Below, piece by piece: positions 27,153 through 37,326 of a stretch of DNA of 53,813 nucleotides. A program made the position numbers and the translations under genes. The notes beneath the pieces were generated by a model. It saw only the letters and a list, made by a program, of their open reading frames with translations. It made no database searches and had not been told where the DNA came from. This DNA comes from a virus (Duplodnaviria > Caudoviricetes): positions 1 through 53,813 of IMG/VR virus record IMGVR_UViG_3300032309_000894; one strand, 5' to 3'. Numbering within the stretch: position 1 is the first letter of the stretch; each line of letters opens with the position of its first letter.

Positions 27153-28714
27153 ATAAAGTTTATAGCCCTGCTATTATGCTCGACATGATTAAAAAAGAAA
27201 AAGACCGGCGGGCGGCTGAGCGCAATTTGATGGATTTTACTCGGCAAGTGTTTCACATTGTGGAACCCGGGCAGGAATTTAGCGAAAATTGGCACTTAAA
27301 TACAATTTCCGAGCACCTGATGGCTGTTTCAACAGGCGATATTCGGAACCTACTCATTAACATTCCGCCTGGATGCATGAAATCGCTGCTTACGTCGGTG
27401 GCTTGGCCCGCTTGGGAATGGGCTTGTGATCCAACGCTTCGCATTATGGGTGCCAGCTATGGCGTGGATTTAGCTATTCGTGACGCGTCTAAGTGTCGAG
27501 ATATTATAATCTCTGACTGGTACCGCGAACGGTGGCCCGAAGTTAAAATACGCATGGGTTCCGATCAAAAAACAAAATACGAACTGACATCTGGCGGATG
27601 GCGCATGGCCACATCTGTCGGGGGTCGTGCGACAGGTGAACACCCTGATCGTAAAATTGTGGATGATCCTCACAACGCCAAACAGGCTGAAAGTGACGCT
27701 GAGCGCAAAGCCGCAATCACATGGTTTGATCGAACACTCTCGACACGCGGGCAGTCGCGCAACGCCAGCACAGTGGTTGTCATGCAGCGCCTGCACGAGA
27801 AGGACGTCACCGGCCACATATTGTCCGACCTAACCGGATACACCCACCTTTGCATCCCAATGGAATTTGACGGTGTCAAGCGTAAATCGGTGTTGGGTTA
27901 TTACGATCCACGCAAAGAAAAAAACGAACTGCTTTGGCCCAAGATGTTTAGTGATATTTCTGTTACCGAGCTCAAGCAGCTTTTGGGTACATACGGCACT
28001 GCCGGTCAGCTACAGCAAGACCCGACGCCGACGACGGGCGGTATCCTCAAGACATCTGAGATACAGCTATGGCCCGCCGACAAGCCGCTGCCTCAATTTG
28101 AGTACATCCTGCAATCGTACGATTGTGCATTCACCGAAAAGACATCGGGCGATCCGACAGCCTGCACGGTGTGGGCCGTCTTCACACATGCCGGTCAGCG
28201 CAACGTGTTGCTGATCGACGCATGGGATGAGCACCTCAGTTATCCTGACCTGCGCGCCCGGGCGATCAAGGATTGGAGCACCGAGTACGGGGCGACGAGC
28301 GTCAAGGACGGCATCCGCCGCCCGCGCAAGCCGGACAGGATACTGGTCGAGGCTAAGGCGTCCGGTCAGTCGCTGTTGCAGGACCTGCGTCAGGCCCGCG
28401 TGCCTGCGGTGGGCTACAACCCGGGCATGGCCGACAAAGTCAGCCGGGCGCACCAGGCCGCGCCGACGCTTGAGCTCGGGTTCGTGTGGGTGCCAGAGAG
28501 CGGCAAGAATAGGGGTCAGCCGGTAAGCTGGGCTCAGCCTTGCATCAAGCAACTGGCCAAGTTTCCGGTTGCAGAACATGACGATTACGTCGATACGTTT
28601 ACCCAAGCCATTCTGTTTTTGAAGAATGAGCGATGGTTTGAACTGCCACAGGCTCGAGAGCGTGATGAGCCGCCACAATTTAAGCGGGAACGGATAAACC
28701 CATATGCAGCCTAA
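27149..28714 (+). CDS. terL: Terminase large subunit
   Basis: NIPPGCMKS, IVDDPH, VMQRLH, SYDCA, EAKASG, FP..HDDYVD. Confidence 0.95.
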   Translation: MNKVYSPAIMLDMIKKEKDRRAAERNLMDFTRQVFHIVEPGQEFSENWHLNTISEHLMAVSTGDIRNLLINIPPGCMKSLLTSVAWPAWEWACDPTLRIMGASYGVDLAIRDASKCRDIIISDWYRERWPEVKIRMGSDQKTKYELTSGGWRMATSVGGRATGEHPDRKIVDDPHNAKQAESDAERKAAITWFDRTLSTRGQSRNASTVVVMQRLHEKDVTGHILSDLTGYTHLCIPMEFDGVKRKSVLGYYDPRKEKNELLWPKMFSDISVTELKQLLGTYGTAGQLQQDPTPTTGGILKTSEIQLWPADKPLPQFEYILQSYDCAFTEKTSGDPTACTVWAVFTHAGQRNVLLIDAWDEHLSYPDLRARAIKDWSTEYGATSVKDGIRRPRKPDRILVEAKASGQSLLQDLRQARVPAVGYNPGMADKVSRAHQAAPTLELGFVWVPESGKNRGQPVSWAQPCIKQLAKFPVAEHDDYVDTFTQAILFLKNERWFELPQARERDEPPQFKRERINPYAA

Positions 28715-28868
28715 AAAGCCCATCTGGGACAAGAAGCGCCCCGCCGATCTGGGCGAGAGCAAGGAACTGTCATCGAAGCGCAAGGCGTCGGCCAAGGCCA
28801 TGGCTAAGTCTGCCGGTCGACCCTATCCGAATCTGGTCGACAACATGCGGGCGGCGAAGAAGAAGTGA
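28704..28868 (+). CDS. Small basic protein (54 aa, not in the ORF track)
   Basis: MQPKKPIWDK...AGRPYPNLVDNMRAAKKK; fills the gap and overlaps both neighbours. Confidence 0.7.
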   Translation: MQPKKPIWDKKRPADLGESKELSSKRKASAKAMAKSAGRPYPNLVDNMRAAKKK

Positions 28869-29140
28869 CCAAACCTGTCGACAAGGCCGCAATGGCTTGC
28901 AACAAGCCGCGCCGCACGCCGGACCACGCGACAAAGTCGCACGTCGTCAAGGCGTGCTATGACGGCAAGGAGAAAGTCATCCGGTTCGGTGAGCAGGGCG
29001 CGAGCACCGCTGGCAAGCCAAAAGAGGGTGAGTCGGATCGCATGAAAGCCAAGCGGGCCAGCTTCAAATCGCGGCATGGTGAGAACATCGCTAAGGGTAA
29101 ATCGTCCGCCGCGTACTGGGCGGACAAGGTCAAGTGGTAA
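28865..29140 (+). CDS. Small basic protein
   Basis: KVIRFGEQG, FKSRH, SAAYWADKVKW. Confidence 0.7.
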   Translation: MTKPVDKAAMACNKPRRTPDHATKSHVVKACYDGKEKVIRFGEQGASTAGKPKEGESDRMKAKRASFKSRHGENIAKGKSSAAYWADKVKW

Positions 29141-29151
29141 GGAACCGGTAG

Positions 29152-30918
29152 ATGGCTGAGCGCAACGAAATCCCGAACCGCATGACGGCTCTCGGCTTGC
29201 TCGAGCAGATGCGCCGCCGGGCCAGTGCGAACCGCGAGCCCGAGTTCAACCCGATCAACGCAACCCTGCGCGGTCAACGCCAGCCACCCTTGCCGATCCC
29301 GCCGCGCCCACCTGCCGTAATACCCCCGCCACCGCCCCAGCAGGCCGCGCCACAGGCCCGTGGGCAGGCTCAGGCGCTACCGGTGCCACCTGTTCCCCCG
29401 GCGGTTATTCCGCAGCAAGAAGGTGCGCCTGCGAGGCCAATCGCTGAGAGGTTCAATCCGCAAAACCCACATGTGGCGACCGCCATCGAAATGGCCGAAC
29501 GGTATGGTTTGCCGCGCAATGTGTTCCTGTCACTGGTGCAGCAAGAAAGCCGCTTCGATCCGAACGCGGTAAGCCGTGCCGGTGCATTGGGGCTCGGGCA
29601 GTTGATGCCCGGTACGGCGCGCGACCTGGGCGTTGATCCCACGAATCCCACACAGAACCTTGAGGGCAGCGCACGCTACCTGCGCCAGCAGCTGGACCGG
29701 TTTGGCGGTGACATGCCGCTGGCCCTGGCGGCGTATAACGCAGGGCCGCGCCGGGTAATTGAAGCGGGCAATGCTATTCCCGACAACGCCGAGACGCAGG
29801 CGTATGTGCCGAGCGTGATGCGCCGCGCTGGCGTTCCCGGTTACGCTGAAGGCGGCCCGGTGGACGCAATACCGGTACACGAGATAAACGTGGTGGCAAC
29901 CCGCCTTCCGCGTCGTCGCGCACCGCGCCCGGCCCCGCGCGAGGAACTGACGGCAGACCAACTGAATGCCATGGTGCTGGACAGGCTTGCCGCGCGTTAT
30001 GACGTGGCTCCTGAATCCATCATGGCCGCTGAAGCCCGTGACCGCATTGGTCGGGCCATGGGTTACGCTGAGGGTGGCCGCGTCATGAGTGACGAAGAGT
30101 ATGACCGCCGCCTGCTCGAGCGCATGAAGCGCGACACGGGCCGCACCACCGAGTCAACCAATGCCGAGCAGGCTCGGGCTCTACGCAGCGCGGGCTATGA
30201 CGCGGCCCAGTTGGCGTCGGACATCTTTCTGCCGCAGAGCCCTCTGGATGCGGCCCTGATGGTGGCCCTGGGGCCGGGGGGTCGTATGGCCCGGCTGGCA
30301 GGTTCGACGGCTTTGATGGCGATGGAGCCGAGCGAAGCGGAAGCTGGTGGGCTGCGTCGGTTGGGAACGCGATTTGTTCGGAGAAGCAAATCTTTTGATT
30401 CGCCCTTCAACAGAGACGCTGAACATATCGCAATGTTTGCGGAAACCAAAAATCCAAGAGAAACTTTGGGTCAGTTGAGGAGTTATGGACCTGCTGCTTG
30501 GATTTCGCGTGGAGACGACGCGGTAGATGTTAGGGATATTCAACCCGACATTGTTCGCGCATTGCGAAATTCTAGACGTCATGAAGATTATAACACAACC
30601 GCTGCGACATTAGCTCGATTAGCTAACCCAGAAAACATTGTAGACAGCGCGGGCATGTGGGATGACCCCCAACTGGTTCGTGAAGTGTACGAAAACGTTA
30701 TACAACCCCGAGAGATTACGTCAGTGCGTACCAATGACGGTCTTTTGGTGTTTGATCCTGTTAACGTCAGGCCAATTCGTACTGAGTACTCCCACGGCGG
30801 CCTCGCCCAGCTTCATCACAAATACGCCGAGGGTGGCGCGGTCAGTGCTCAACCTGCTATCTATGATCCCGACGCGGTAAACACGCTCGCCAATCAAATC
30901 GAGGCTGGATATGTCTGA
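29152..30918 (+). CDS. Multidomain protein with SLT lytic transglycosylase domain
   Basis: QESRF, GALGLGQLMP, ALAAYNAG, ETQAYV; YAEGG x3. Confidence 0.85.
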   Translation: MAERNEIPNRMTALGLLEQMRRRASANREPEFNPINATLRGQRQPPLPIPPRPPAVIPPPPPQQAAPQARGQAQALPVPPVPPAVIPQQEGAPARPIAERFNPQNPHVATAIEMAERYGLPRNVFLSLVQQESRFDPNAVSRAGALGLGQLMPGTARDLGVDPTNPTQNLEGSARYLRQQLDRFGGDMPLALAAYNAGPRRVIEAGNAIPDNAETQAYVPSVMRRAGVPGYAEGGPVDAIPVHEINVVATRLPRRRAPRPAPREELTADQLNAMVLDRLAARYDVAPESIMAAEARDRIGRAMGYAEGGRVMSDEEYDRRLLERMKRDTGRTTESTNAEQARALRSAGYDAAQLASDIFLPQSPLDAALMVALGPGGRMARLAGSTALMAMEPSEAEAGGLRRLGTRFVRRSKSFDSPFNRDAEHIAMFAETKNPRETLGQLRSYGPAAWISRGDDAVDVRDIQPDIVRALRNSRRHEDYNTTAATLARLANPENIVDSAGMWDDPQLVREVYENVIQPREITSVRTNDGLLVFDPVNVRPIRTEYSHGGLAQLHHKYAEGGAVSAQPAIYDPDAVNTLANQIEAGYV

Positions 30919-33487
30919 CACTCTCAAAGACGATGACGACGACAAGCCCGGCGAGATGATTGAACTCGATGACGAGGACAATCTCGAGGTCGAGGATACC
31001 GAAGACGGTGGCGCGATCATCCGGCTTGAGAACAACAAAGATGAGAAGCGCCACCTCGAGCACTTCGCAAACATTGTTGAAGAGGTCGATCAGGCGGCGC
31101 TAGAGGACATCGTCACCGACCTGCTCGAGAAGATCGAGCGCGACAAGGAGGCTCGCGAGAAGCGGGACAAACTGTACGAGGAAGGGCTGCGGCGAACCGG
31201 CCTAGGCGACGACGCCCCCGGAGGTGCCCAGTTCAGCGGCGCGAACAAAGTCGTCCACCCGATGCTTGTCGAAGCCTGCGTCGATTTTTCCGCACGTTTC
31301 ATGAAAGAAATTTTTCCGTCGAACGGGCCGGTAAAGAGCAAAATTTACGGCGAATCTGACAAGGAAAAAGTGGCCAAGGCTGAGCGCAAGGCGGCGTTCA
31401 TGAACTGGCAGACCACGCAGCAGATGCCTGAGTTCCGCAGCGAACTGGAGCAACTGAGCACGCAGCTTCCGCTCGGTGGTGGTCAGTATCTCAAGTTTAT
31501 GTGGAACCCGCAGCACCGTCGTCCGCAGGCCGAGTTTGTGCCGATTGACGACGTGTATCTGCCGTTTGCCGCGACAAACTTCTACACCGCCGAGCGCAAG
31601 ACGCACGTCCAGTACATCACGAAGATGGAGTACTTGAAGCGCGTCAAAGCGGGCATGTATGTCGACGTTGACCTTGGGTATCCCGATGATCCCGAGTTCA
31701 GCAAGGCAACGATTGCCAACAACAAGATCGAAGGCCGGAAGTCCACCAGCTACAACGAGGATGGCCTGCGGACCATCTTTGAAATCTACACTTACCTCGA
31801 CATCGAAGACGAAGACCTCTGCCCGTACATTCTGAGCGTCGACAAGTCGACCGGCGAGGCCCTGGCGCTTTATCGCAACTGGGAGCCGGATGATGCCCGA
31901 CATCAGGAACTCGATTGGATCGTCGAGTTCCCGTTCGTGCCTTGGCGCGGTGCATACCCCATCGGCCTGACGCATATGATTGGCGGCCTCTCAGGAGCCG
32001 CTACAGGTGCCTTGCGTGCTTTGCTGGATAGCGCCCACATCCAGAACATCCCCACCCTCCTGAAACTCAAAGGTGGCCCTGGCGGGCAGACAATTAACCT
32101 CCAGCCGACCGAAGTGGTCGAGATGGATGGCGGGGCGCTTGTTGACGACGTCCGCAAAATCGCCATGCCGATGCCGTTCAACCCGCCGAGCCCGACGCTG
32201 TTCCAGCTTTTGGGGTTTTTGGTGGAAGCCGGTAAAGGCGTCATCCAGACTTCCTTCGAGAAGCTGAGCGATCAGAACGCCAATCAGCCTGTCGGCACCA
32301 CGATGGCCCTGATCGAGCAGGGTATGGTGGTGTTTTCGAGCATTCATGCTCGTTTGCACAACTCGATGGCCCGGTGTTTCAAGATTTTGCACCGGATCAA
32401 CTCGGCATATCTGACCGAAGAAGACATTGAGGCCCAAGTTGACGGGCTGGAGATTGATCCGTCTGACTTTGACGGCCCTCTTGACGTCGTGCCGGTCAGC
32501 GATCCGGCAATTTTCTCCGAAACGCAGCGTTTTGCCCAAATTCAGGCAATTATGGCGCGCGCAACGGCAATGCCGCAGCTATATGACCCTCGCAAAGTCG
32601 AGGAGATGTTCCTCCGCACCCTAAAAGTCCCGGCGGATGAGGTTCTTCAGCCTAAGCCTGCCCAAGACGACATGGACCCGGTCAGCGAAAACGTGGCTGC
32701 GGCTATGGGTCAGCCGGTTTATGTGCTGCCAAAGCAGGACCACATCGCCCACATTATGACGCACATGGCGTTTTTGAAATCGCCGCTGTTCGGCAGCAAC
32801 CCGGCAATCGTCAAAACCTTCCTGTATCCGATGGCCAGACATCTTCGCGATCACCTGCTGAACTATTATCTTGTTGAGGCTCATAAAACCGTCAGCATGG
32901 CTCAAAAGCAGAATCTGATCCCCGACGAGGCGAGCGATCAGGTCAAAGTCATCGTGCAAGTGCAGCAATACATCGAGCAGCAGTTGGGTGGGATGGCACA
33001 GGAACTTGCTGCAATCGACCAAGCCGCCCAGCAGTTTGCGCCCCAGCCACAGATGCCGCCTGACAGCAGCATGCAAGTCGCCCAACTTGGTGCCCAGGTG
33101 CAGCAGATGGCCATTCAGCAGCGTGCTCAGACCGACCAGCAGCGCGCCCAGGTTGATCAGCAGCGCCTTGCAATGCAGGCCCAGTCTGATCAACAGAAGG
33201 CCCAGCTTGAGCAGCAGAAGGCTCAGATCGACCAACAGCGTCTTGCGATGCAGGCCCAACTTGAGCAGGCGAAGCTACAAAGCAAGCAGATCGAACTCGT
33301 TGAGAAGCTGCGGGCGGATCAGCTTAGGGAAGCCGCAGAGAATGAGCGCAAGGCGGCAGAACTAGCTTCTCGCGAGCGCATGAATCAGGCGGATAACGAT
33401 ACCGCCAAACTGCTTGCCGCTGCCGAAATGGCGACTGGCGAGAAGGTGGCCGTCAGCACGGGCACCGGCATCAACCCCACGCCATAG
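30911..33487 (+). CDS. Portal protein with long C-terminal coiled coil
   Basis: 858 aa downstream of terL; HPMLVEA; Q-rich heptad tail. Confidence 0.85.
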   Translation: MSDTLKDDDDDKPGEMIELDDEDNLEVEDTEDGGAIIRLENNKDEKRHLEHFANIVEEVDQAALEDIVTDLLEKIERDKEAREKRDKLYEEGLRRTGLGDDAPGGAQFSGANKVVHPMLVEACVDFSARFMKEIFPSNGPVKSKIYGESDKEKVAKAERKAAFMNWQTTQQMPEFRSELEQLSTQLPLGGGQYLKFMWNPQHRRPQAEFVPIDDVYLPFAATNFYTAERKTHVQYITKMEYLKRVKAGMYVDVDLGYPDDPEFSKATIANNKIEGRKSTSYNEDGLRTIFEIYTYLDIEDEDLCPYILSVDKSTGEALALYRNWEPDDARHQELDWIVEFPFVPWRGAYPIGLTHMIGGLSGAATGALRALLDSAHIQNIPTLLKLKGGPGGQTINLQPTEVVEMDGGALVDDVRKIAMPMPFNPPSPTLFQLLGFLVEAGKGVIQTSFEKLSDQNANQPVGTTMALIEQGMVVFSSIHARLHNSMARCFKILHRINSAYLTEEDIEAQVDGLEIDPSDFDGPLDVVPVSDPAIFSETQRFAQIQAIMARATAMPQLYDPRKVEEMFLRTLKVPADEVLQPKPAQDDMDPVSENVAAAMGQPVYVLPKQDHIAHIMTHMAFLKSPLFGSNPAIVKTFLYPMARHLRDHLLNYYLVEAHKTVSMAQKQNLIPDEASDQVKVIVQVQQYIEQQLGGMAQELAAIDQAAQQFAPQPQMPPDSSMQVAQLGAQVQQMAIQQRAQTDQQRAQVDQQRLAMQAQSDQQKAQLEQQKAQIDQQRLAMQAQLEQAKLQSKQIELVEKLRADQLREAAENERKAAELASRERMNQADNDTAKLLAAAEMATGEKVAVSTGTGINPTP

Positions 33488-33495
33488 GAGTTTAC

Positions 33496-33636
33496 ATGGA
33501 CGACAAGCCTAAGAATAACGGCACGGTGCCGATGACCGGTGCCTATGTGAAGCAGAAGCACCGCCTTGCGGCGGGTGAGAAGCTCGACGGCCAGTCTCTG
33601 CCGCCTGAACCAAAGACTGAAAAGAATCAGGCGTGA
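33496..33636 (+). CDS. Small hypothetical protein (46 aa, not in the ORF track)
   Basis: AGGAG RBS; GTGA overlap with the next gene. Confidence 0.55.
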   Translation: MDDKPKNNGTVPMTGAYVKQKHRLAAGEKLDGQSLPPEPKTEKNQA

Positions 33637-33827
33637 ACGAAGGCAAACTTCTCAATCTTCTGAAGCAAGCTCAATTTCAGTTTTCTGTGGACGCCCTGAA
33701 GCGCCCACAGGAACGCGATGCCTTTGAATACGGGTATCGTGTTGGTGTCGTTGCCGGATACGAGGCAGCGATTAGCGTGCTGTTGAAACTCATCGAAGAG
33801 GAGAAATCTGGTGGTAACGACTTCTGA
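33633..33827 (+). CDS. Hypothetical head-module protein
   Basis: EY...VG..AG pattern; position before GroES. Confidence 0.6.
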   Translation: MNEGKLLNLLKQAQFQFSVDALKRPQERDAFEYGYRVGVVAGYEAAISVLLKLIEEEKSGGNDF

Positions 33828-34218
33828 GGACGCACTGGCAGAGGCTTTCCCGGATGTAAATCCGGGCGTTCAGCCTTTTGGGAGCCGCGTTCTGGTTCAA
33901 ATCCGTACCCCTCGCAAAGTCACAAAGGGCGGTATCATCCTGTCCTCTGACACGCAGGACACTGAAAAGTGGAACACCCAGGTGGCCAAGGTGGTCAGCG
34001 TCGGGTCGCTGGCGTTCCGAAACCGGAACACCCAAGAGCATTGGCCGGAAGGCGCATGGTGCGTGCAAGGTGATTTCGTTCGCGTGCCAAAATACGGCGG
34101 CGACCGCTGGGAAGTGGCGATCAATCGCGATGACAGCGCGATGTTCGTGATCTTTAACGATTTGGATATTATTGGCCGTGTCACGGGTGATCCGCTGACG
34201 GTCAAGGCTTTCATCTGA
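33811..34218 (+). CDS. groES: GroES-like co-chaperonin
   Basis: QPFGSRVLV, TKGGIIL, VVSVG, GDFV..KYGG, DLDIIG. Confidence 0.85.
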   Translation: MVTTSEDALAEAFPDVNPGVQPFGSRVLVQIRTPRKVTKGGIILSSDTQDTEKWNTQVAKVVSVGSLAFRNRNTQEHWPEGAWCVQGDFVRVPKYGGDRWEVAINRDDSAMFVIFNDLDIIGRVTGDPLTVKAFI

Positions 34219-34231
34219 AAGGAGGTGAATT

Positions 34232-35149
34232 ATGTCTGGCACTCTGAGAGAAGATGACGACAAGGACGAGGAAATCGTCATTGTCGAAGACCCCAGTCAG
34301 CTATCTGACAACGATCAGGATGACGATGACGCTGATGACCGCGTAGCCTCATCCGGCGACGATGATGAGCGCGATGCCATTCGTGAGCGTCGGCGTGCCG
34401 AAAAGCAGGACCGGAAGCAGCGCCGCGACGAGGCAATCAAGCGCGACAAGCTCGAGCTAGATTTCCTCCGCAATCGCAACGATAATCTTGAGCGTCGGCT
34501 TAGCGTTCAAGAACAGCGCACCCACAGCATGGATTTGAGCGCGTTTGATAACGCTCTCAACCAAGCGGCCCATGAAGCCGACATGGCTGAGCGGGTCATT
34601 GCCAAGGCTGTTGCTGCCGGTAACGGCGACGACGTCACGCAGGCGATGCGATACCGGGATCAGGCACTGGCGCGTATCCAGCAACTGAATTTCCAGAAAA
34701 ATCAGGTGGCTCAGCAGCCCCCTCAACGTCCGCAGCCCCAGCAAATCGACGATGTCACGCTGCGCTATGCCCAGGAGTTCATCGAAAAGAACCCTTGGTA
34801 CGATTCGATGGGTCGAAATGAAGATTCTGCTATCGTCATCGCTATCGACCAAGCCCTGGCCAAAGACGGTTTTGACCCTCGCACTTCGGAATATTGGGAC
34901 GAACTGAACAAGCGAGCGGCACGCCGCCTGCCCGAAAGGTTCGAGAAAACCTCCTCCCGGCGCGAGCCGCGCGGTGGTCCGGTGGTGGGCTCTGGCCGTG
35001 AGCACGCCCCGACAAGCACTCGTCGTGAGGTGTATATCTCGCCCGAGCGCAAGCAAGCCCTAGTGGAAGCGGGCGTCTGGGATGACCCGGTTCTGCGTTC
35101 CAAGTACGTCAAACGGTATGCCGAATATGACCGAAACAACAAGGCGTGA
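34232..35149 (+). CDS. Probable capsid scaffolding protein
   Basis: Acidic N-terminus and coiled coil; upstream of capsid gene. Confidence 0.65.
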   Translation: MSGTLREDDDKDEEIVIVEDPSQLSDNDQDDDDADDRVASSGDDDERDAIRERRRAEKQDRKQRRDEAIKRDKLELDFLRNRNDNLERRLSVQEQRTHSMDLSAFDNALNQAAHEADMAERVIAKAVAAGNGDDVTQAMRYRDQALARIQQLNFQKNQVAQQPPQRPQPQQIDDVTLRYAQEFIEKNPWYDSMGRNEDSAIVIAIDQALAKDGFDPRTSEYWDELNKRAARRLPERFEKTSSRREPRGGPVVGSGREHAPTSTRREVYISPERKQALVEAGVWDDPVLRSKYVKRYAEYDRNNKA

Positions 35150-35156
35150 AAAAACC

Positions 35157-35185
35157 TTGCGCGCTGGTTTCAAAAACCCTAATGC
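35157..35185 (+). promoter_or_regulatory. Sigma70-like promoter upstream of the capsid cluster
   Basis: cTTGCGC-N17-TAATGC in an intergenic gap. Confidence 0.4.
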
Positions 35186-35213
35186 TTACTCAATCGCTGA
35201 AAGGAGCGATTTA

Positions 35214-35744
35214 ATGACCGACGAACGCTTGAAAAAATCTGCTGGTGAAGGCCGCGAAAGCCGTGCGATGCAAGATCGCGCTGTTACCCAAAATCGCGAA
35301 GTCTCTGATGATGAGCGGGTTGCTATGTTTCGTCAGCAATTCTTTCAGTCCTCTCTTCCAGACCTGCCAAAAATCCCCGGCTGGCATACCTGCTGGCTGA
35401 CAACCACCAATCCCCGTGACTCGATTCACATGCGTATTCGACTGGGCTACGAGCCCGTGAAGCCGGAAGATGTTCCCGGCTGGGAATATGCGACATTGAA
35501 GACCGGCGACTGGACTGGGCTCATTGGCGTCAACGAGATGCTTGCCTTCAAGCTACCGATTTCTCTTTACGAGAAGTACATGCAGGAGGCGCACCATGAC
35601 GCCCCATTGCGTGAGGAAGAGAAGCTCACCGACACTGCCGATTTCCTCGAGCAGCAGGCGCGGGCTTCTAAATCCAAACTGCAAATTGGGGAAGGCAATC
35701 TGGAGATTGGGCAGCAGCGGGAGGCCATGTTTGACCTCTCGTAA
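35214..35744 (+). CDS. Head-module protein of unknown function
   Basis: AAGGAG RBS; start re-called at MTDERL. Confidence 0.7.
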   Translation: MTDERLKKSAGEGRESRAMQDRAVTQNREVSDDERVAMFRQQFFQSSLPDLPKIPGWHTCWLTTTNPRDSIHMRIRLGYEPVKPEDVPGWEYATLKTGDWTGLIGVNEMLAFKLPISLYEKYMQEAHHDAPLREEEKLTDTADFLEQQARASKSKLQIGEGNLEIGQQREAMFDLS

Positions 35745-35768
35745 CCCCTCAATCCATTAGGAGCCACA

Positions 35769-36362
35769 ATGTCTGCCATTAGCGCACCTTTTGGCTTTCG
35801 CGCGTCGTACCACAACAGTGGCCAGATGCGTCCGAAGGCTTACACTATCGCAAGCACCTATGCCGCCAACATCTTCTCCGGTGACCCGGTCAAGCTGACG
35901 GACAACGGTGTAATCCAGCTTGGCACGTCTGACGGCACCCGCTCGGGTACGACTGACGGCATTGCCCTGCTGGGTATTTTCGCTGGCTGCCAGTATCTCG
36001 ATGCTTCCGGCAAGCCGACGATCAGCCCCTTCTGGCCCTCGGGCGCTACAGGCACGGAAATCGTGGCTTGGGTGTACGATGACCCGGAAACGCTGTTTGA
36101 CGTCCAGTACACCAACCCCTCGGCGGGCACGACTGTGCAGACCGCAGTGGGTGAGGAGTTCGACTGGACCGTTGCTTCCCCGGGTGGTTCCACCCAGACG
36201 GGTCTCAGCAACTGCCAGATCGGTGTCATCCAGGCAACGTCTGGCCAGTTCCAGATGACTGGGTTTGCCGACAACATCAACGACGCACTGACCGACGCCT
36301 ATGTGCAAGTGACTGTTCGTATCAACGAGCATCACTACAAGGCAGCGGTTAACTCGGTCTAA
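35769..36362 (+). CDS. Probable capsid decoration/minor head protein
   Basis: Beta-rich; APFGFR, IFSGDPV, YDDP; directly before the MCP. Confidence 0.65.
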   Translation: MSAISAPFGFRASYHNSGQMRPKAYTIASTYAANIFSGDPVKLTDNGVIQLGTSDGTRSGTTDGIALLGIFAGCQYLDASGKPTISPFWPSGATGTEIVAWVYDDPETLFDVQYTNPSAGTTVQTAVGEEFDWTVASPGGSTQTGLSNCQIGVIQATSGQFQMTGFADNINDALTDAYVQVTVRINEHHYKAAVNSV

Positions 36363-36376
36363 GGGGGGTCTGACAC

Positions 36377-37291
36377 ATGGCTACACCAATGCGTAGTACC
36401 GACTTCCGGTCGGTAGTTGAGCCCATCCTGAACGAAGTCTTCGACGGCGTTTATGATCAGCGCGCTGATGAGTGGAAGATGGTCTTCCGCGAGCAGAAGG
36501 GTATTCCCCGCAACTACCATGAAGAGCCCGTGCTCTATGGTTTTGGCGCGGCCCCTGAACTGCCCGACGGCATGGCCGTTAGCTACCAGAGCGGTGGCGT
36601 TCTGTTCCTCCAGCGTTACCTCTACAAAGTCTACGGTCTGGCCTTCAGCCTGACCAAGGTGCTTGTCGAGGACGGCGATCACATCCGCATCGGCCAGACC
36701 TACGCGAAGCATCTCGCGCAGTCTCTGATCGAGACGAAGGAGACGCTGGGTGCGAACATCCTGAACCGCGCGTTCAATGCTGCCTATCCGGGCGGTGACG
36801 GCGTGGCTCTGGTTGCCAACAATCACCCCATCGTCAACGGCACGTTCTCCAACGTGCTGACCACGCCTGCGGCGCTGTCGCAGACCTCGCTGGAGCAGTT
36901 GCTCATCCAGATTCGCAATGCCGTCGACAACAACGGCAAGCGCATCCGGTTGACGCCGAAGAAGATCGTGACGGGTCCGTCCAACGTCTTCCAGGCGGAA
37001 GTGCTGCTCAAGTCCGTGCTGCGTACCGGCACCGCTGACAACGACATCAACCCGGTGAAGTCGATGGGCCTCCTGTCCGATGGTCAGGCGAACCTGTCGC
37101 GTATCACCTCCACCACTGCTTGGTGGATTCAGACCGATGCCCCCGAAGGCATGAAGCTGATGATGCGTCGTGGTCTCGAGAAGAGCATGGAAGGCGATTT
37201 CGAAACCGACAGCATGCGCTACAAGGCCACCGAGCGTTACACGTTCGGCTGGACCGACCCGCGCGGCGTGTTCGGCACCGCTGGCGTCTAA
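36377..37291 (+). CDS. Major capsid protein (Mu gpT-like)
   Basis: 304 aa; strong codon bias; GDGVAL...HP, TADNDIN, YKATERY.FGWTDPRG. Confidence 0.9.
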   Translation: MATPMRSTDFRSVVEPILNEVFDGVYDQRADEWKMVFREQKGIPRNYHEEPVLYGFGAAPELPDGMAVSYQSGGVLFLQRYLYKVYGLAFSLTKVLVEDGDHIRIGQTYAKHLAQSLIETKETLGANILNRAFNAAYPGGDGVALVANNHPIVNGTFSNVLTTPAALSQTSLEQLLIQIRNAVDNNGKRIRLTPKKIVTGPSNVFQAEVLLKSVLRTGTADNDINPVKSMGLLSDGQANLSRITSTTAWWIQTDAPEGMKLMMRRGLEKSMEGDFETDSMRYKATERYTFGWTDPRGVFGTAGV

Positions 37292-37293
37292 TT

Positions 37294-37325
37294 GGGTGGG
37301 GGGCCTCGGCCCCCCATTCGCTTTT
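37294..37325 (+). terminator. Terminator-like hairpin after the MCP
   Basis: TGGGGGGC-CTCG-GCCCCCCA stem followed by a short T run. Confidence 0.55.
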
Positions 37326-37326
37326 A

